A stretch of 32,000 bases of DNA from an uncultured bacterium (GTDB taxonomy: Bacteria; Bacillota_I; Bacilli_A; RF39; UBA660). Under the pieces are notes generated by a model. The model saw only the letters and a list, made by a program, of their open reading frames with translations. It was not told where the DNA came from and ran no database searches. Position numbers and translations under genes: made by a program. The DNA lies in NCBI GenBank assembly GCA_946560065.1, contig CAMNUE010000013.1, forward strand, positions 43,738 to 75,737. Direction: 5' to 3'. Shown one piece after another: positions 1-7,787 of the stretch (position 1 is its first letter; the number at the start of each line of letters is the position of its first letter).

Positions 1-1
1 T

Positions 2-691
2 GAAGGAAATACTGCAGTAATGGTTGAAGTTAATTCCGAAACTGATTTCGTTGCTAAGAATGAAGAATTTACTGGATTTGTTGATTATTTAGTAGATCAA
101 ATCTTAACTAATGATGTTAAAACTGTTGAAGATGTTTTAACTGTTAAAGATGGAAGTGAAACTATATCTGATAAGTTAGTTGCCTTAACTGCTAAGATTG
201 GAGAAAAAATTAGTTTCAGACGTTTTGAAAAAGTAACAAAGAATGATGACGAAGTATTTGGTACTTATAAACATATGGGTGGTAAAATTGGAGTTATCGT
301 TGTTGTTAAAGGAGCAAATGAAGAAATAGCTAAGGATGTTGCTATGCAAGCTGCTGCTATGAATCCAATTGCTTTAAAGAGAGAAGATGTTCCAGCTGAA
401 TTAGTTGAAAAAGAAAAACATTTTATTACTGAAGAAGTTAAGCAACAATCTGCTGGTAAGCCAGAAGATGTTATTGAAAAAATGGTTGTTGGGAAATTAG
501 AAAAATACTATAAAGAAGTAGTATTAGTTGAACAAGCATTTATTAAAGAAAATAAAATGACAGTAGCTAAGTATGTTAGTGATAACGGTGGAGAAATTTT
601 ATCAATGGTAAGATTTGCTGTAGGTGAAGGTATCGAAAAGAAACAAGAAAACTTTGCTGAAGAAGTTATGAGTCAAATTCAAGGTGCTTAA
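2..691 (+). CDS. tsf: Elongation factor Ts, 5'-truncated by the window edge
   Basis: The reading frame is open back to base 2 (EGNTAVMVEVNSETDFVAKNEEF...). It has the classic EF-Ts 'VEVNxETDFVAKN' core and a C-terminal dimerisation region, and stops at TAA 689-691. Confidence 0.95.
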   Translation, partial: EGNTAVMVEVNSETDFVAKNEEFTGFVDYLVDQILTNDVKTVEDVLTVKDGSETISDKLVALTAKIGEKISFRRFEKVTKNDDEVFGTYKHMGGKIGVIVVVKGANEEIAKDVAMQAAAMNPIALKREDVPAELVEKEKHFITEEVKQQSAGKPEDVIEKMVVGKLEKYYKEVVLVEQAFIKENKMTVAKYVSDNGGEILSMVRFAVGEGIEKKQENFAEEVMSQIQGA

Positions 692-728
692 TTAGAATTA
701 CTTGTATGATGATAATTTATTTAAATTA

Positions 729-757
729 GTTGATGCATATTAGCATTGACTTTTTTT
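729..757 (+). terminator. Rho-independent terminator after tsf
   Basis: Hairpin gttgatgc/gcattgac (729-750, two G-U pairs) followed by T7 (751-757). Confidence 0.55.
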
Positions 758-874
758 ATTTAAGTTTTAATTCACTTCCTTTATTTTTGTTTTCATTTGT
801 GGTAGTATATATAATATATGGAGGGTCTATGAAGGTTAGGGTTTTCTTTTATTTTTACTGTTGTCTGTTTAGGT

Positions 875-1795
875 ATGCCATTTGGAGTATTTGCTAAAGA
901 TTATTCAATTAGAGACTCTTTGTCAAATACTACGTGGAATGATGGAGATAGTATAGATTTATCAGATGCTTATGGGGAATTTTATAATTCTTATTTCATT
1001 CCTTTGTATTTTAGTACTATTACATATAATGGTTATATTTATAGACTTGGATCTGATGTTGATGGTGTTTACCTTAGTGAATATAGTAATAAGATTGATT
1101 TTAGTTATAATAGTTGGTTACTTGAACCTCTTGAAAAATTTGAAGCAAGTAATGCGTGTTTTCTAAAAATATCCGAAAGTTTGATGGATGAAGATATTGG
1201 TCATGATGTTTGTAGTGATAGTGAAGAGTATAAAGAACTTATGAGTTATTTTAAAGATAGTTCTAATAAACCTGTATTTTCTATAGAATATTCATATTAT
1301 ACGTCTGGAATGTATAATGGACTTGCTATTCATGCTACATATCCAGATAATAATAAAGAAACTATTTTAAATATTTCTTATAATAATGTTGAAAATTCAA
1401 GTAAGGAGAGCATAGAGAAAAATCCAATTAAATATTCGAAAAAAGATGGAACTATAGTTTTGAAAGATTTGGTTAGAGAAGGTTTTACTTTTGAAGGATG
1501 GTATTTGGACGAAGATTTTAAGTATAAAGTTAGTGAGCTTAATGTTGAGTTGTTTAATGATTATTTTAGTGATGACAAATATTTCGAAAATACTGATGTA
1601 GAAAAGTTATCTACTACAATTAAGGATTATATACTTTCAGGGAAAATTAATTTGTATGCTAAATGGTCATCAAATAATGTAATTACTAATCCTAAGACAT
1701 GGTCTACTATAGAACTGATTTTTTTTGTATTATCTACAGCTATTATCACTTGTATATTTGTTTTTCTTAGAAGTAGAAAAGTTATGGAAGGTTAG
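875..1795 (+). CDS. Surface protein with one Listeria-Bacteroides-type repeat and a C-terminal TM anchor. The N-terminus is apparently frameshifted; the likely true start is ATG 829.
   Basis: 'REGFTFEGWYLDEDFKYKV...INLYAKW' matches the GYTFxGWY...LYAKW repeat signature. The C-terminus has the hydrophobic helix IELIFFVLSTAIITCIFVFL followed by RSRK. GGAGGG (819-824) precedes ATG 829, which encodes a signal-peptide n/h-region in another frame. Confidence 0.7.
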   Translation: MPFGVFAKDYSIRDSLSNTTWNDGDSIDLSDAYGEFYNSYFIPLYFSTITYNGYIYRLGSDVDGVYLSEYSNKIDFSYNSWLLEPLEKFEASNACFLKISESLMDEDIGHDVCSDSEEYKELMSYFKDSSNKPVFSIEYSYYTSGMYNGLAIHATYPDNNKETILNISYNNVENSSKESIEKNPIKYSKKDGTIVLKDLVREGFTFEGWYLDEDFKYKVSELNVELFNDYFSDDKYFENTDVEKLSTTIKDYILSGKINLYAKWSSNNVITNPKTWSTIELIFFVLSTAIITCIFVFLRSRKVMEG

Positions 1796-1862
1796 AAAAC
1801 TTTTCTTTTTTCTTTTAAAATGAACTTATTTTTATTATAATTAATATAGTAGAGGAGAGTAT

Positions 1863-3434
1863 ATGAAAAGGGAAAATAATGATATTGAAAGAATTAACGA
1901 TGAAATAGAAAGAATTATTGGTGAGAGTGATGATTCTTTAGCTAATTTTGAAGATTCTGGTGATACTAAAAAGATTGATTCTATAGATGAGATAGATTTT
2001 GAAGATGTTGGTAATACTAAAAGAATTGATTCTATAGATGAAATAGATGGTGAGAGTACTTTAGAAAGTGAAAGTATTGAAGAAAAATCTTCTTTAGAAA
2101 ATATCTCTGATAAAAGTAATGATATTACAGAGAAAGTGGATAATAATGTTACTGATAAAGAAAAGAAAAATAAAAAGAAAGAATTAATAATTATAATTAG
2201 TATTATTTCTTTTGTAGTTGTCATTGCGATTAGTTTTACATTATATTTTCTTTTATTTAATAAAGAAAATGTTGAAGTAGATGACTCAGAAAAGCTTAGT
2301 AAAAGTGAACAGGAAGAAATTGTTAATAGTTATGGAGAGGCTTTAGAAAAAGTTATTTCAGTTTATTATCAGAAAGAAGGAAAGTTATTAAAATATACTG
2401 ATGCGAATAAAATGATTGAGTTGGATGATGATGTTTCATGTAAAGTTCATGAAATCTATGAAGATGGTTTAGTTTATTTAAAAAAATGTACAATTAATGG
2501 GGAAGAGACAGCTTATGGTTATGGAGAAAAACAGGAAAAGAGAGAAGAACCTATTGTAAAAGAGGGTAATGTTAAAGTTTATGTAAATAAAACTAATAAA
2601 GAAGCTACTTTGAATGTTCCAAAATACGTGGAAAACTATGATGTTTATTCCTTTAATATTAATGGTGCTTATAGTGAGTTAACTTTGCTTGATAAAAAGA
2701 AAAGTTCTTATGTTTTTTATTCTGATGGTGATTATAATGTTCAAATGATAGATTATAAGAGTGGTAATAGAGTTTTTAGTAATGTAAATTATAATTCAGT
2801 AATGCCAATTATGTTAGAAAATGGTTTTGATACTAATATGATTGGTGTTAATATGAATAACAAATGGGGTATATATAATTTAAATACTGGTAGTTGTGTT
2901 GTATATCCCAAGTATGATTTAATTACAGTTAATCTAAATATTGGTGTTACAGGTCCTTCTTTATATGCAACGGCATTAGATAGAAATAAATTAGCAGTTT
3001 TTAGAAATGGTTCAGTAGGAGTAATTGATTATACAAATGATAGTGAAATTATTCCTGTAATATATAATGGAATGCTTAAAAGTGGAGATTATTTATGGGC
3101 AATAGATAGTAAAAATAATGGACATATTTTTGATTTTAATGGAAATATTTATTTAGATGGTAAATATAGTAAAATATATGATATTCTTGACGGAAAATAT
3201 GTTTTGGTAAATGATAATAATCTTATTGAACTAGTTGATGTTAATGGTAGGGAAATTTATAATTATGGTAAGATTGAAGTTGGAAATTATAGTTATGGAT
3301 TACCTTATAATAAAGGTATTTTATTTCAATTCATTCAGGATGGAGATAATAACAATAAATGTGTAGAGTTAATTTATGATTTTACTAGTCGTGAAGGAAA
3401 AGTGAGAGATGCTTCTTGTGGAGGAATTGGATAA
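1863..3434 (+). CDS. Single-pass membrane protein: acidic repeat-containing N-terminus, one TM helix, and an extracytoplasmic domain with KWG/WG-type repeats
   Basis: RBS GAGGAGAG at 1852-1859. It has D/E/S-rich tandem repeats, a KKNKKK stop-transfer sequence and the helix LIIIISIISFVVVIAISFTLYFLLF. 'NNKWGIYNLNTGSCVVYPKYDLI' and 'GSVGVIDYTNDSEIIPVIYNGM' resemble WG-containing repeats. Confidence 0.75.
   Translation: MKRENNDIERINDEIERIIGESDDSLANFEDSGDTKKIDSIDEIDFEDVGNTKRIDSIDEIDGESTLESESIEEKSSLENISDKSNDITEKVDNNVTDKEKKNKKKELIIIISIISFVVVIAISFTLYFLLFNKENVEVDDSEKLSKSEQEEIVNSYGEALEKVISVYYQKEGKLLKYTDANKMIELDDDVSCKVHEIYEDGLVYLKKCTINGEETAYGYGEKQEKREEPIVKEGNVKVYVNKTNKEATLNVPKYVENYDVYSFNINGAYSELTLLDKKKSSYVFYSDGDYNVQMIDYKSGNRVFSNVNYNSVMPIMLENGFDTNMIGVNMNNKWGIYNLNTGSCVVYPKYDLITVNLNIGVTGPSLYATALDRNKLAVFRNGSVGVIDYTNDSEIIPVIYNGMLKSGDYLWAIDSKNNGHIFDFNGNIYLDGKYSKIYDILDGKYVLVNDNNLIELVDVNGREIYNYGKIEVGNYSYGLPYNKGILFQFIQDGDNNNKCVELIYDFTSREGKVRDASCGGIG
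1947..2048 (+). repeat. Two in-phase copies of a 51-nt tandem repeat inside the CDS
   Basis: 1947-1997 and 1998-2048 are near-identical. They encode FEDSGDTKKIDSIDEID and FEDVGNTKRIDSIDEID. Confidence 0.9.
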
Positions 3435-3495
3435 TTTATATTTTACTTATATCTTATAGTATTTTATCGTTTTCTTTGGAATAAAATTAATTAAT

Positions 3496-3520
3496 AAGTA
3501 GTTTTACTACTTGTTTTTTT
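3496..3520 (+). terminator. Rho-independent terminator
   Basis: Stem aagtag/ctactt with a TTTT loop, followed by gTTTTTTT (3513-3520). Confidence 0.6.
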
Positions 3521-3529
3521 GGGAAAATT

Positions 3530-3538
3530 TGATATAAT
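3530..3538 (+). promoter_or_regulatory. Extended -10 promoter element (TGaTATAAT)
   Basis: A perfect TGnTATAAT lies about 27 nt upstream of the next start codon. The same TTTGATATAAT string recurs at 29967-29977. Confidence 0.5.
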
Positions 3539-3564
3539 AGGCGCAAATAGAGGGGATGAGTAGT

Positions 3565-4164
3565 ATGGCTAAGAAGAGTTCTGGTACTAATGCTCTTACG
3601 AAGCTTAATCAACAAATTAAAGAATTAAGTGTGGAGAAGGCAAGTGAAGAGAAGGAAAGTGTTCCTGTAATTAGTAAAAAAGATATAGAAGAAGTGATAA
3701 AAAAAACACCAATTACTAAAAGTACTACAAAGAAAAGTACTAGTAAAAGGGGAAATGTTAGAGATAAAATAATTGTTGCGGATAGGACAAAAACTAGAAA
3801 AAAAGTTTCAACTGGTACTACTAAAAAAACTACAAATAAAGTAATTAGTAATACAAAGAAAATTAGTAAACCTACAACAGAAGTAGGAGAATCTACTACT
3901 AAAATTAGAAAATTAGAAGATGAAATGAGAAGTCTTTATGATAGAGTCAATAATATTATTGAGGATTTGGATTACGAAAAAACGATTGTTGAGACAGATG
4001 ATATTATATTAAATGACTTTGTTACTAGAGAGAAAATTGAAGAAACAAAATTGGATAAAGTTAGTACTACTTTTTTAGATAAAATGTTAAAAGTAGTATT
4101 TATAATTTTTATGTCGTTATTTACGGTGTTCATAGGATTTGTTATTTTTGTAAGCACTTTTTAA
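3565..4164 (+). CDS. Lys/Thr/Ser-rich tail-anchored membrane protein (hypothetical)
   Basis: The ORF opens at 3556, but AGAGGGG (3549-3555) abuts that ATG, so ATG 3565 (MAKKSSG) is better spaced. It is low-complexity and K/T-rich, with a C-terminal helix VVFIIFMSLFTVFIGFVIFV. Confidence 0.65.
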   Translation: MAKKSSGTNALTKLNQQIKELSVEKASEEKESVPVISKKDIEEVIKKTPITKSTTKKSTSKRGNVRDKIIVADRTKTRKKVSTGTTKKTTNKVISNTKKISKPTTEVGESTTKIRKLEDEMRSLYDRVNNIIEDLDYEKTIVETDDIILNDFVTREKIEETKLDKVSTTFLDKMLKVVFIIFMSLFTVFIGFVIFVSTF

Positions 4165-4226
4165 CGCTTTTTTCTTTATTTTCTTTGGCTATTATAATAT
4201 AATAAAATTTAAGGAGAGATGAAAAA

Positions 4227-4775
4227 ATGGATAGTGATATGATTATTTTAGATGTTACTGAAAATATGGATAAAACAATAGAAAATTTAAATAAAAGGTT
4301 TGCAACTGTTAGAGCAGGACGTGCAAATCCTTCTAGTCTAGATGGAGTTAATGTTGAATATTACGGAAGTATGACTCCTTTAAAGCAGTTAGCAACTATT
4401 TCTGTACCAGAGGCTAGACAGTTGCTAATTAAACCATTTGATAAGGGAGCTCTAGGTGCTATAGAAAAAGCTATTCTTGCATCGAATTTAGGATATAATC
4501 CAGGAAATGATGGCGAAACAATTCGTATAGTAATTCCTGAACTTACAGAAGAAAGAAGACGTGAACTTGCAAAGCAAGTAAAAGCAATAGCTGAGGAAGC
4601 GAAGGTTTCTATTAGAAATATTCGTCATGATGGATTAGAGGACGTTAAAAAATGTGAACTTCCTGAAGATCAAGAAAAAGGAATGGAAAAAGATATTCAA
4701 GATTTGGTTAATGAGTATAATAAAAAAATTGATAATTTATTAAAAGAAAAAGAACAAGAATTACTTACTGTATAG
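4227..4775 (+). CDS. frr: Ribosome recycling factor
   Basis: 'VRAGRANPSSLDGVNVEYYGSMTPLKQLATISVPEARQLLIKPFDK' and 'IPELTEERRRELAKQVK' are canonical Frr. RBS AAGGAGAG at 4212-4219. Confidence 0.97.
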   Translation: MDSDMIILDVTENMDKTIENLNKRFATVRAGRANPSSLDGVNVEYYGSMTPLKQLATISVPEARQLLIKPFDKGALGAIEKAILASNLGYNPGNDGETIRIVIPELTEERRRELAKQVKAIAEEAKVSIRNIRHDGLEDVKKCELPEDQEKGMEKDIQDLVNEYNKKIDNLLKEKEQELLTV

Positions 4776-4796
4776 TAAAATATAGCGAGGTTTGGT

Positions 4797-5327
4797 ATGA
4801 AAAGTAATGGGAAAGCTAAGATAGATAGAGACATAGAATTTCTATTATTAGAAGAAATTATTACTAAAGCTAAAAAGGGAGAAAGTATAACTAGAGAAGA
4901 ATTTCATTATTGTATCGCTGGTTTAGATTTAGAAATAAAAGATAAAATAGATGAAATACTTTGTAGATTGACAGAATATCAAATTTTAAATCCTCCACGT
5001 GTAACTGACACTCATTATTTATTAAAAAAACATAAATATTATGAGGTAAACCAAAAGATTAATTTATTGAAAGAAACTATCTATGGTGTTAGAAGTATGA
5101 TGCTTAAATCTATTGATATGGTACTTGAATATCCTGAAAGTGAAAATATTAATTTTTTACTTTTACAAAAAGAATTATTTGATGAATATTGTGCTGGTTT
5201 TATGGAAAATTTAAGTTCGTATTTTAAAGAAAATGATTTAGATATATGTAGGAATATTGAAGAAAGATTTTATTTAGTAAAGGATAGAATGCTGGAAAAT
5301 CAATTATCTGTGGTTGATAGAAAGTAG
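4797..5327 (+). CDS. Hypothetical protein (176 aa)
   Basis: Clean ORF with GAGGT 8 nt upstream, 21 nt after frr. I recognise no motif. Confidence 0.6.
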   Translation: MKSNGKAKIDRDIEFLLLEEIITKAKKGESITREEFHYCIAGLDLEIKDKIDEILCRLTEYQILNPPRVTDTHYLLKKHKYYEVNQKINLLKETIYGVRSMMLKSIDMVLEYPESENINFLLLQKELFDEYCAGFMENLSSYFKENDLDICRNIEERFYLVKDRMLENQLSVVDRK

Positions 5328-5364
5328 ATTTTAATAAAAAAAATAAGATATTATTTTATTAATG

Positions 5365-5373
5365 TGATATAAT
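5365..5373 (+). promoter_or_regulatory. Extended -10 promoter (TGaTATAAT) for the T-box leader
   Basis: A perfect TGnTATAAT lies just upstream of the leader RNA. Confidence 0.5.
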
Positions 5374-5387
5374 ATGTTTATCGACTT

Positions 5388-5597
5388 TGATTAAGAAGTA
5401 GTAATAAATGATTTACTTATAGAGAGATTATGGTTGGTGGAAATAATCAGTAATAGTTTATGAATTCGTCTTAGGAGTTCTTATTAATAGTAAGCGTAAT
5501 TCTTGCGTTAAAAGATTTAAGTGTATAGTAAAAGATAACTATAAAATAAGGTGGTACCGCGAGTAAATCGTCCTTATGTATAGTTGTCTTTTTTTTG
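5388..5597 (+). promoter_or_regulatory. T-box riboswitch leader with a Phe (UUC) specifier and an intrinsic terminator
   Basis: AGAGAG bulge (5421-5426) and distal-loop GGTGG. Specifier loop ...AGTAATAG..GAA-UUC-G, with UUC at 5465-5467 directly before the closing helix tcttag (5469-5474) that pairs with ttaaga (5391-5396). Conserved T-box AATAAGGTGGTACCGCGAG at 5546-5563. Terminator arms 5532-5551 and 5572-5590 followed by T8 (5589-5596). Confidence 0.9.
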
Positions 5598-5608
5598 GAG
5601 GTAAGGTT

Positions 5609-6250
5609 ATGGAGAAGCAAAGATTTATATTTGATATTGATGGAACTTTATTAGTACCAGATTATTCTTATGAAAAAACATATTTTAAGAATATTTTGAG
5701 TAAGGATGATGCAGATGTTTTTATTCCAATGATTTCTAAGTTGTTGGCTGATTATGAAAATACATACAGGCGATATGATATGAAGAAACTTAGTAGGTAT
5801 TTGACTGCCCATAGTGGTATTTTAATTACTGAGGCAATGATTAAAGGCTGGAAAGCTGCTTGGAGTGATACAGAACCTAAAATAATTGATGGTATTGTTG
5901 ATACTTTAGAGGAGTTAAGCAGTAGAGATAAAGATTTAGTTATTCTTACTAATTGGTTTTTAGAACCACAAATAACTAGATTGAAGCAAGCTGGTATTAA
6001 AGATTACTTTACTGATTTTTATGGAGGAGAGTTTGCTATAAAGCCTCATGCAGAAAGCTTTAGAATTGCTTGTGGAAGATATCATATGGAAGAGTGTGTT
6101 ATGATTGGTGATTCACTAGATAAAGATATTTATGCTGCAATGGCTGCAGGTTTAGATTCTATATACTTTAATCTAAATAACAATGATAATTTTGATAAGA
6201 ATAAAGTTAAAAGTATTGGAAGTATGCGTGATTTAGAAAGGATGATTTAG
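5609..6250 (+). CDS. HAD-superfamily hydrolase (subfamily IA-like phosphatase)
   Basis: 'FIFDIDGTLL' (DxDGT motif I), 'VILTNW' (motif II), and 'K..' plus 'GDSLDKDI' (motifs III/IV). I start at ATG 5609 after GGAGG (5597-5601), because the longer ORF from 5576 would run through the T-box terminator. Confidence 0.85.
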   Translation: MEKQRFIFDIDGTLLVPDYSYEKTYFKNILSKDDADVFIPMISKLLADYENTYRRYDMKKLSRYLTAHSGILITEAMIKGWKAAWSDTEPKIIDGIVDTLEELSSRDKDLVILTNWFLEPQITRLKQAGIKDYFTDFYGGEFAIKPHAESFRIACGRYHMEECVMIGDSLDKDIYAAMAAGLDSIYFNLNNNDNFDKNKVKSIGSMRDLERMI

Positions 6251-6251
6251 A

Positions 6252-6734
6252 ATGAGTATTGATAATAAAAAGAGTAATTTAACTATTGGAATAATTAGTT
6301 CTGGTAATTCTAGAAAATGTAGTCTTAGTGCATTACTTACTGGTGAGGAAGCTCCTAATTTAGAAGAATCTTGTAAACCTAAATATATTTTTGATAGTGT
6401 TTTTCCAAATGATGAAATTAGAAAAACAGCTTTAGGAGTAGCTGTTGAGGACTGGAGTGAATCTTTAGAAAATAATTCATCTTTGTCCGAAAAAAAAGTT
6501 TCAGTAGCTTCGAAACCAACTTATGTGCTAGACAGTGTATTTCCAAATAAAGAAGTTCAAGACATTGCATTATCTGAGATTGATAGATTGAATAAAATGC
6601 GATTTTGTGAAGAATTAGGTATTGTTTATGAAAATATTAATGATGTTAGCTTTGAAACTATTCATGAAGAAATAAAAAAACAGTATGAAGATTCTAAAGG
6701 AAAAATTATTACTAAGAGAAGAAGAGGTGTATAA
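6252..6734 (+). CDS. Hypothetical protein with an internal duplicated motif
   Basis: Its ATG is 1 nt after the HAD stop, and it ends 2 nt before pheS. It has two copies of KP.Y(I/V)(F/L)DSVFPN.E(I/V)...AL. Confidence 0.65.
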   Translation: MSIDNKKSNLTIGIISSGNSRKCSLSALLTGEEAPNLEESCKPKYIFDSVFPNDEIRKTALGVAVEDWSESLENNSSLSEKKVSVASKPTYVLDSVFPNKEVQDIALSEIDRLNKMRFCEELGIVYENINDVSFETIHEEIKKQYEDSKGKIITKRRRGV

Positions 6735-6736
6735 GA

Positions 6737-7786
6737 ATGGAAAATAAAATAATAGAAGAAGTAAAACAATTAATTGAAGAAGATAAAAATACAGTAATAG
6801 ATTTAAAAAGTCTAAATGATTTAAAGATAAAGTATCTTGGAAAGAAAGGTATTATTTCTGAACTTAATAGCGAAATTAAGAATGTTCCAAATGAAGAGAA
6901 AAAGAATTTTGGACAAATGGTTAATGAAGTTAGAAATCTGTTTAATGATTTTTATGAAGAAAAAAAGAATGAATTTGAGACTCTCTTATTAAATGAAAAA
7001 TTAAGTAGTGAAGCAATTGATATTAGTTTACCTGCTACTAAGGTAGTAACTGGGGCTCCTAATATATTGGAGAAATTGATTGAAGAAGTTGAAGATGTAT
7101 TTATGTCAATGGGATATGATGTAGTGGATGGACCAGAGATTGAATATGATAAGTATAATTTTGAGATGTTAAATATACCTAAAGGTCATCCAGCAAGAGA
7201 TGCACAAGATACTTTCTATTTAGAAGGAGAGGAGATTTTACTTCGTAGTCAAACATCTCCTGTACAAGTTCGTACAATGTTAGAAGGAAAAGGTAAAGTT
7301 CCTGTTAGAATGATTTGTCCTGGTAAAACTTATCGAAGAGATGATGATGATGCAACTCATTCACATCAATTTATGCAGATTGAGGGATTATTAGTTGATA
7401 AAGATATTAGCTTAAGTGACTTAAAAGGAACTATTGATGTTGTTATGAAAAAGTTGTTTGGAGAAGATGTAGAGTCTAGATTTAGACCAAGTTATTATCA
7501 ATTTACTGAGCCTTCAGTTGAAGTTGATATTAGTTGTTTTAATTGTAAAGGTAGTGGATGTAATATTTGTAAGAAGACTGGTTGGATTACTGTTGCAGGT
7601 GCTGGAGTAGTTCATCCTAATGTACTTAGAATGGCTGGATATGATCCTGAAGTGTGGAGTGGATTTGCTTTTGGATTTGGAGCTGAGCGACTTGCTATGC
7701 TTAAGTATGATATTAATGACTTAAGAGTTTTCTATAATACAGATTTAAGAGAATCAAGAGTTTTTGATAGAAAGGAGGCTGAATAA
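6737..7786 (+). CDS. pheS: Phenylalanine--tRNA ligase alpha subunit
   Basis: 'HPARDAQDTFY', 'LLRSQTSPVQVR', 'PGKTYRRDDDDATHSHQFMQIEGL' and 'GFAFGFGAERLAML' are canonical class II PheS motifs. Confidence 0.98.
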   Translation: MENKIIEEVKQLIEEDKNTVIDLKSLNDLKIKYLGKKGIISELNSEIKNVPNEEKKNFGQMVNEVRNLFNDFYEEKKNEFETLLLNEKLSSEAIDISLPATKVVTGAPNILEKLIEEVEDVFMSMGYDVVDGPEIEYDKYNFEMLNIPKGHPARDAQDTFYLEGEEILLRSQTSPVQVRTMLEGKGKVPVRMICPGKTYRRDDDDATHSHQFMQIEGLLVDKDISLSDLKGTIDVVMKKLFGEDVESRFRPSYYQFTEPSVEVDISCFNCKGSGCNICKKTGWITVAGAGVVHPNVLRMAGYDPEVWSGFAFGFGAERLAMLKYDINDLRVFYNTDLRESRVFDRKEAE

Positions 7787-7787
7787 A

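Noticed and set aside
966-1166. 66-aa alternative-frame ORF inside the surface-protein gene. Similar internal or antisense ORFs occur at 3972-4157, 8591-8791, 9042-9260, 9640-9834, 16301-16489, 24948-25133, 26970-27236 and 27519-27719.
   Set aside because: All lie wholly within well-supported CDSs such as pheT, rimM/trmD and the AAA ATPase. Their skewed hydrophobic composition is typical of AT-rich off-frame translation, and none has an RBS.
1841-2224. 127-aa minus-strand ORF rich in Ser, Leu and Ile
   Set aside because: It is the antisense shadow of the acidic D/E/S repeat region of the 1863-3434 CDS. It is low-complexity, has no RBS, and is fully overlapped by a better-supported gene.
5576-5608. 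Longer start for the HAD hydrolase ORF (MYSCLFFGGKV...)
   Set aside because: These codons coincide with the 3' arm and U-tract of the T-box terminator. GGAGG at 5597-5601 serves ATG 5609, which gives the expected DxDGT motif about 10 residues from the N-terminus.
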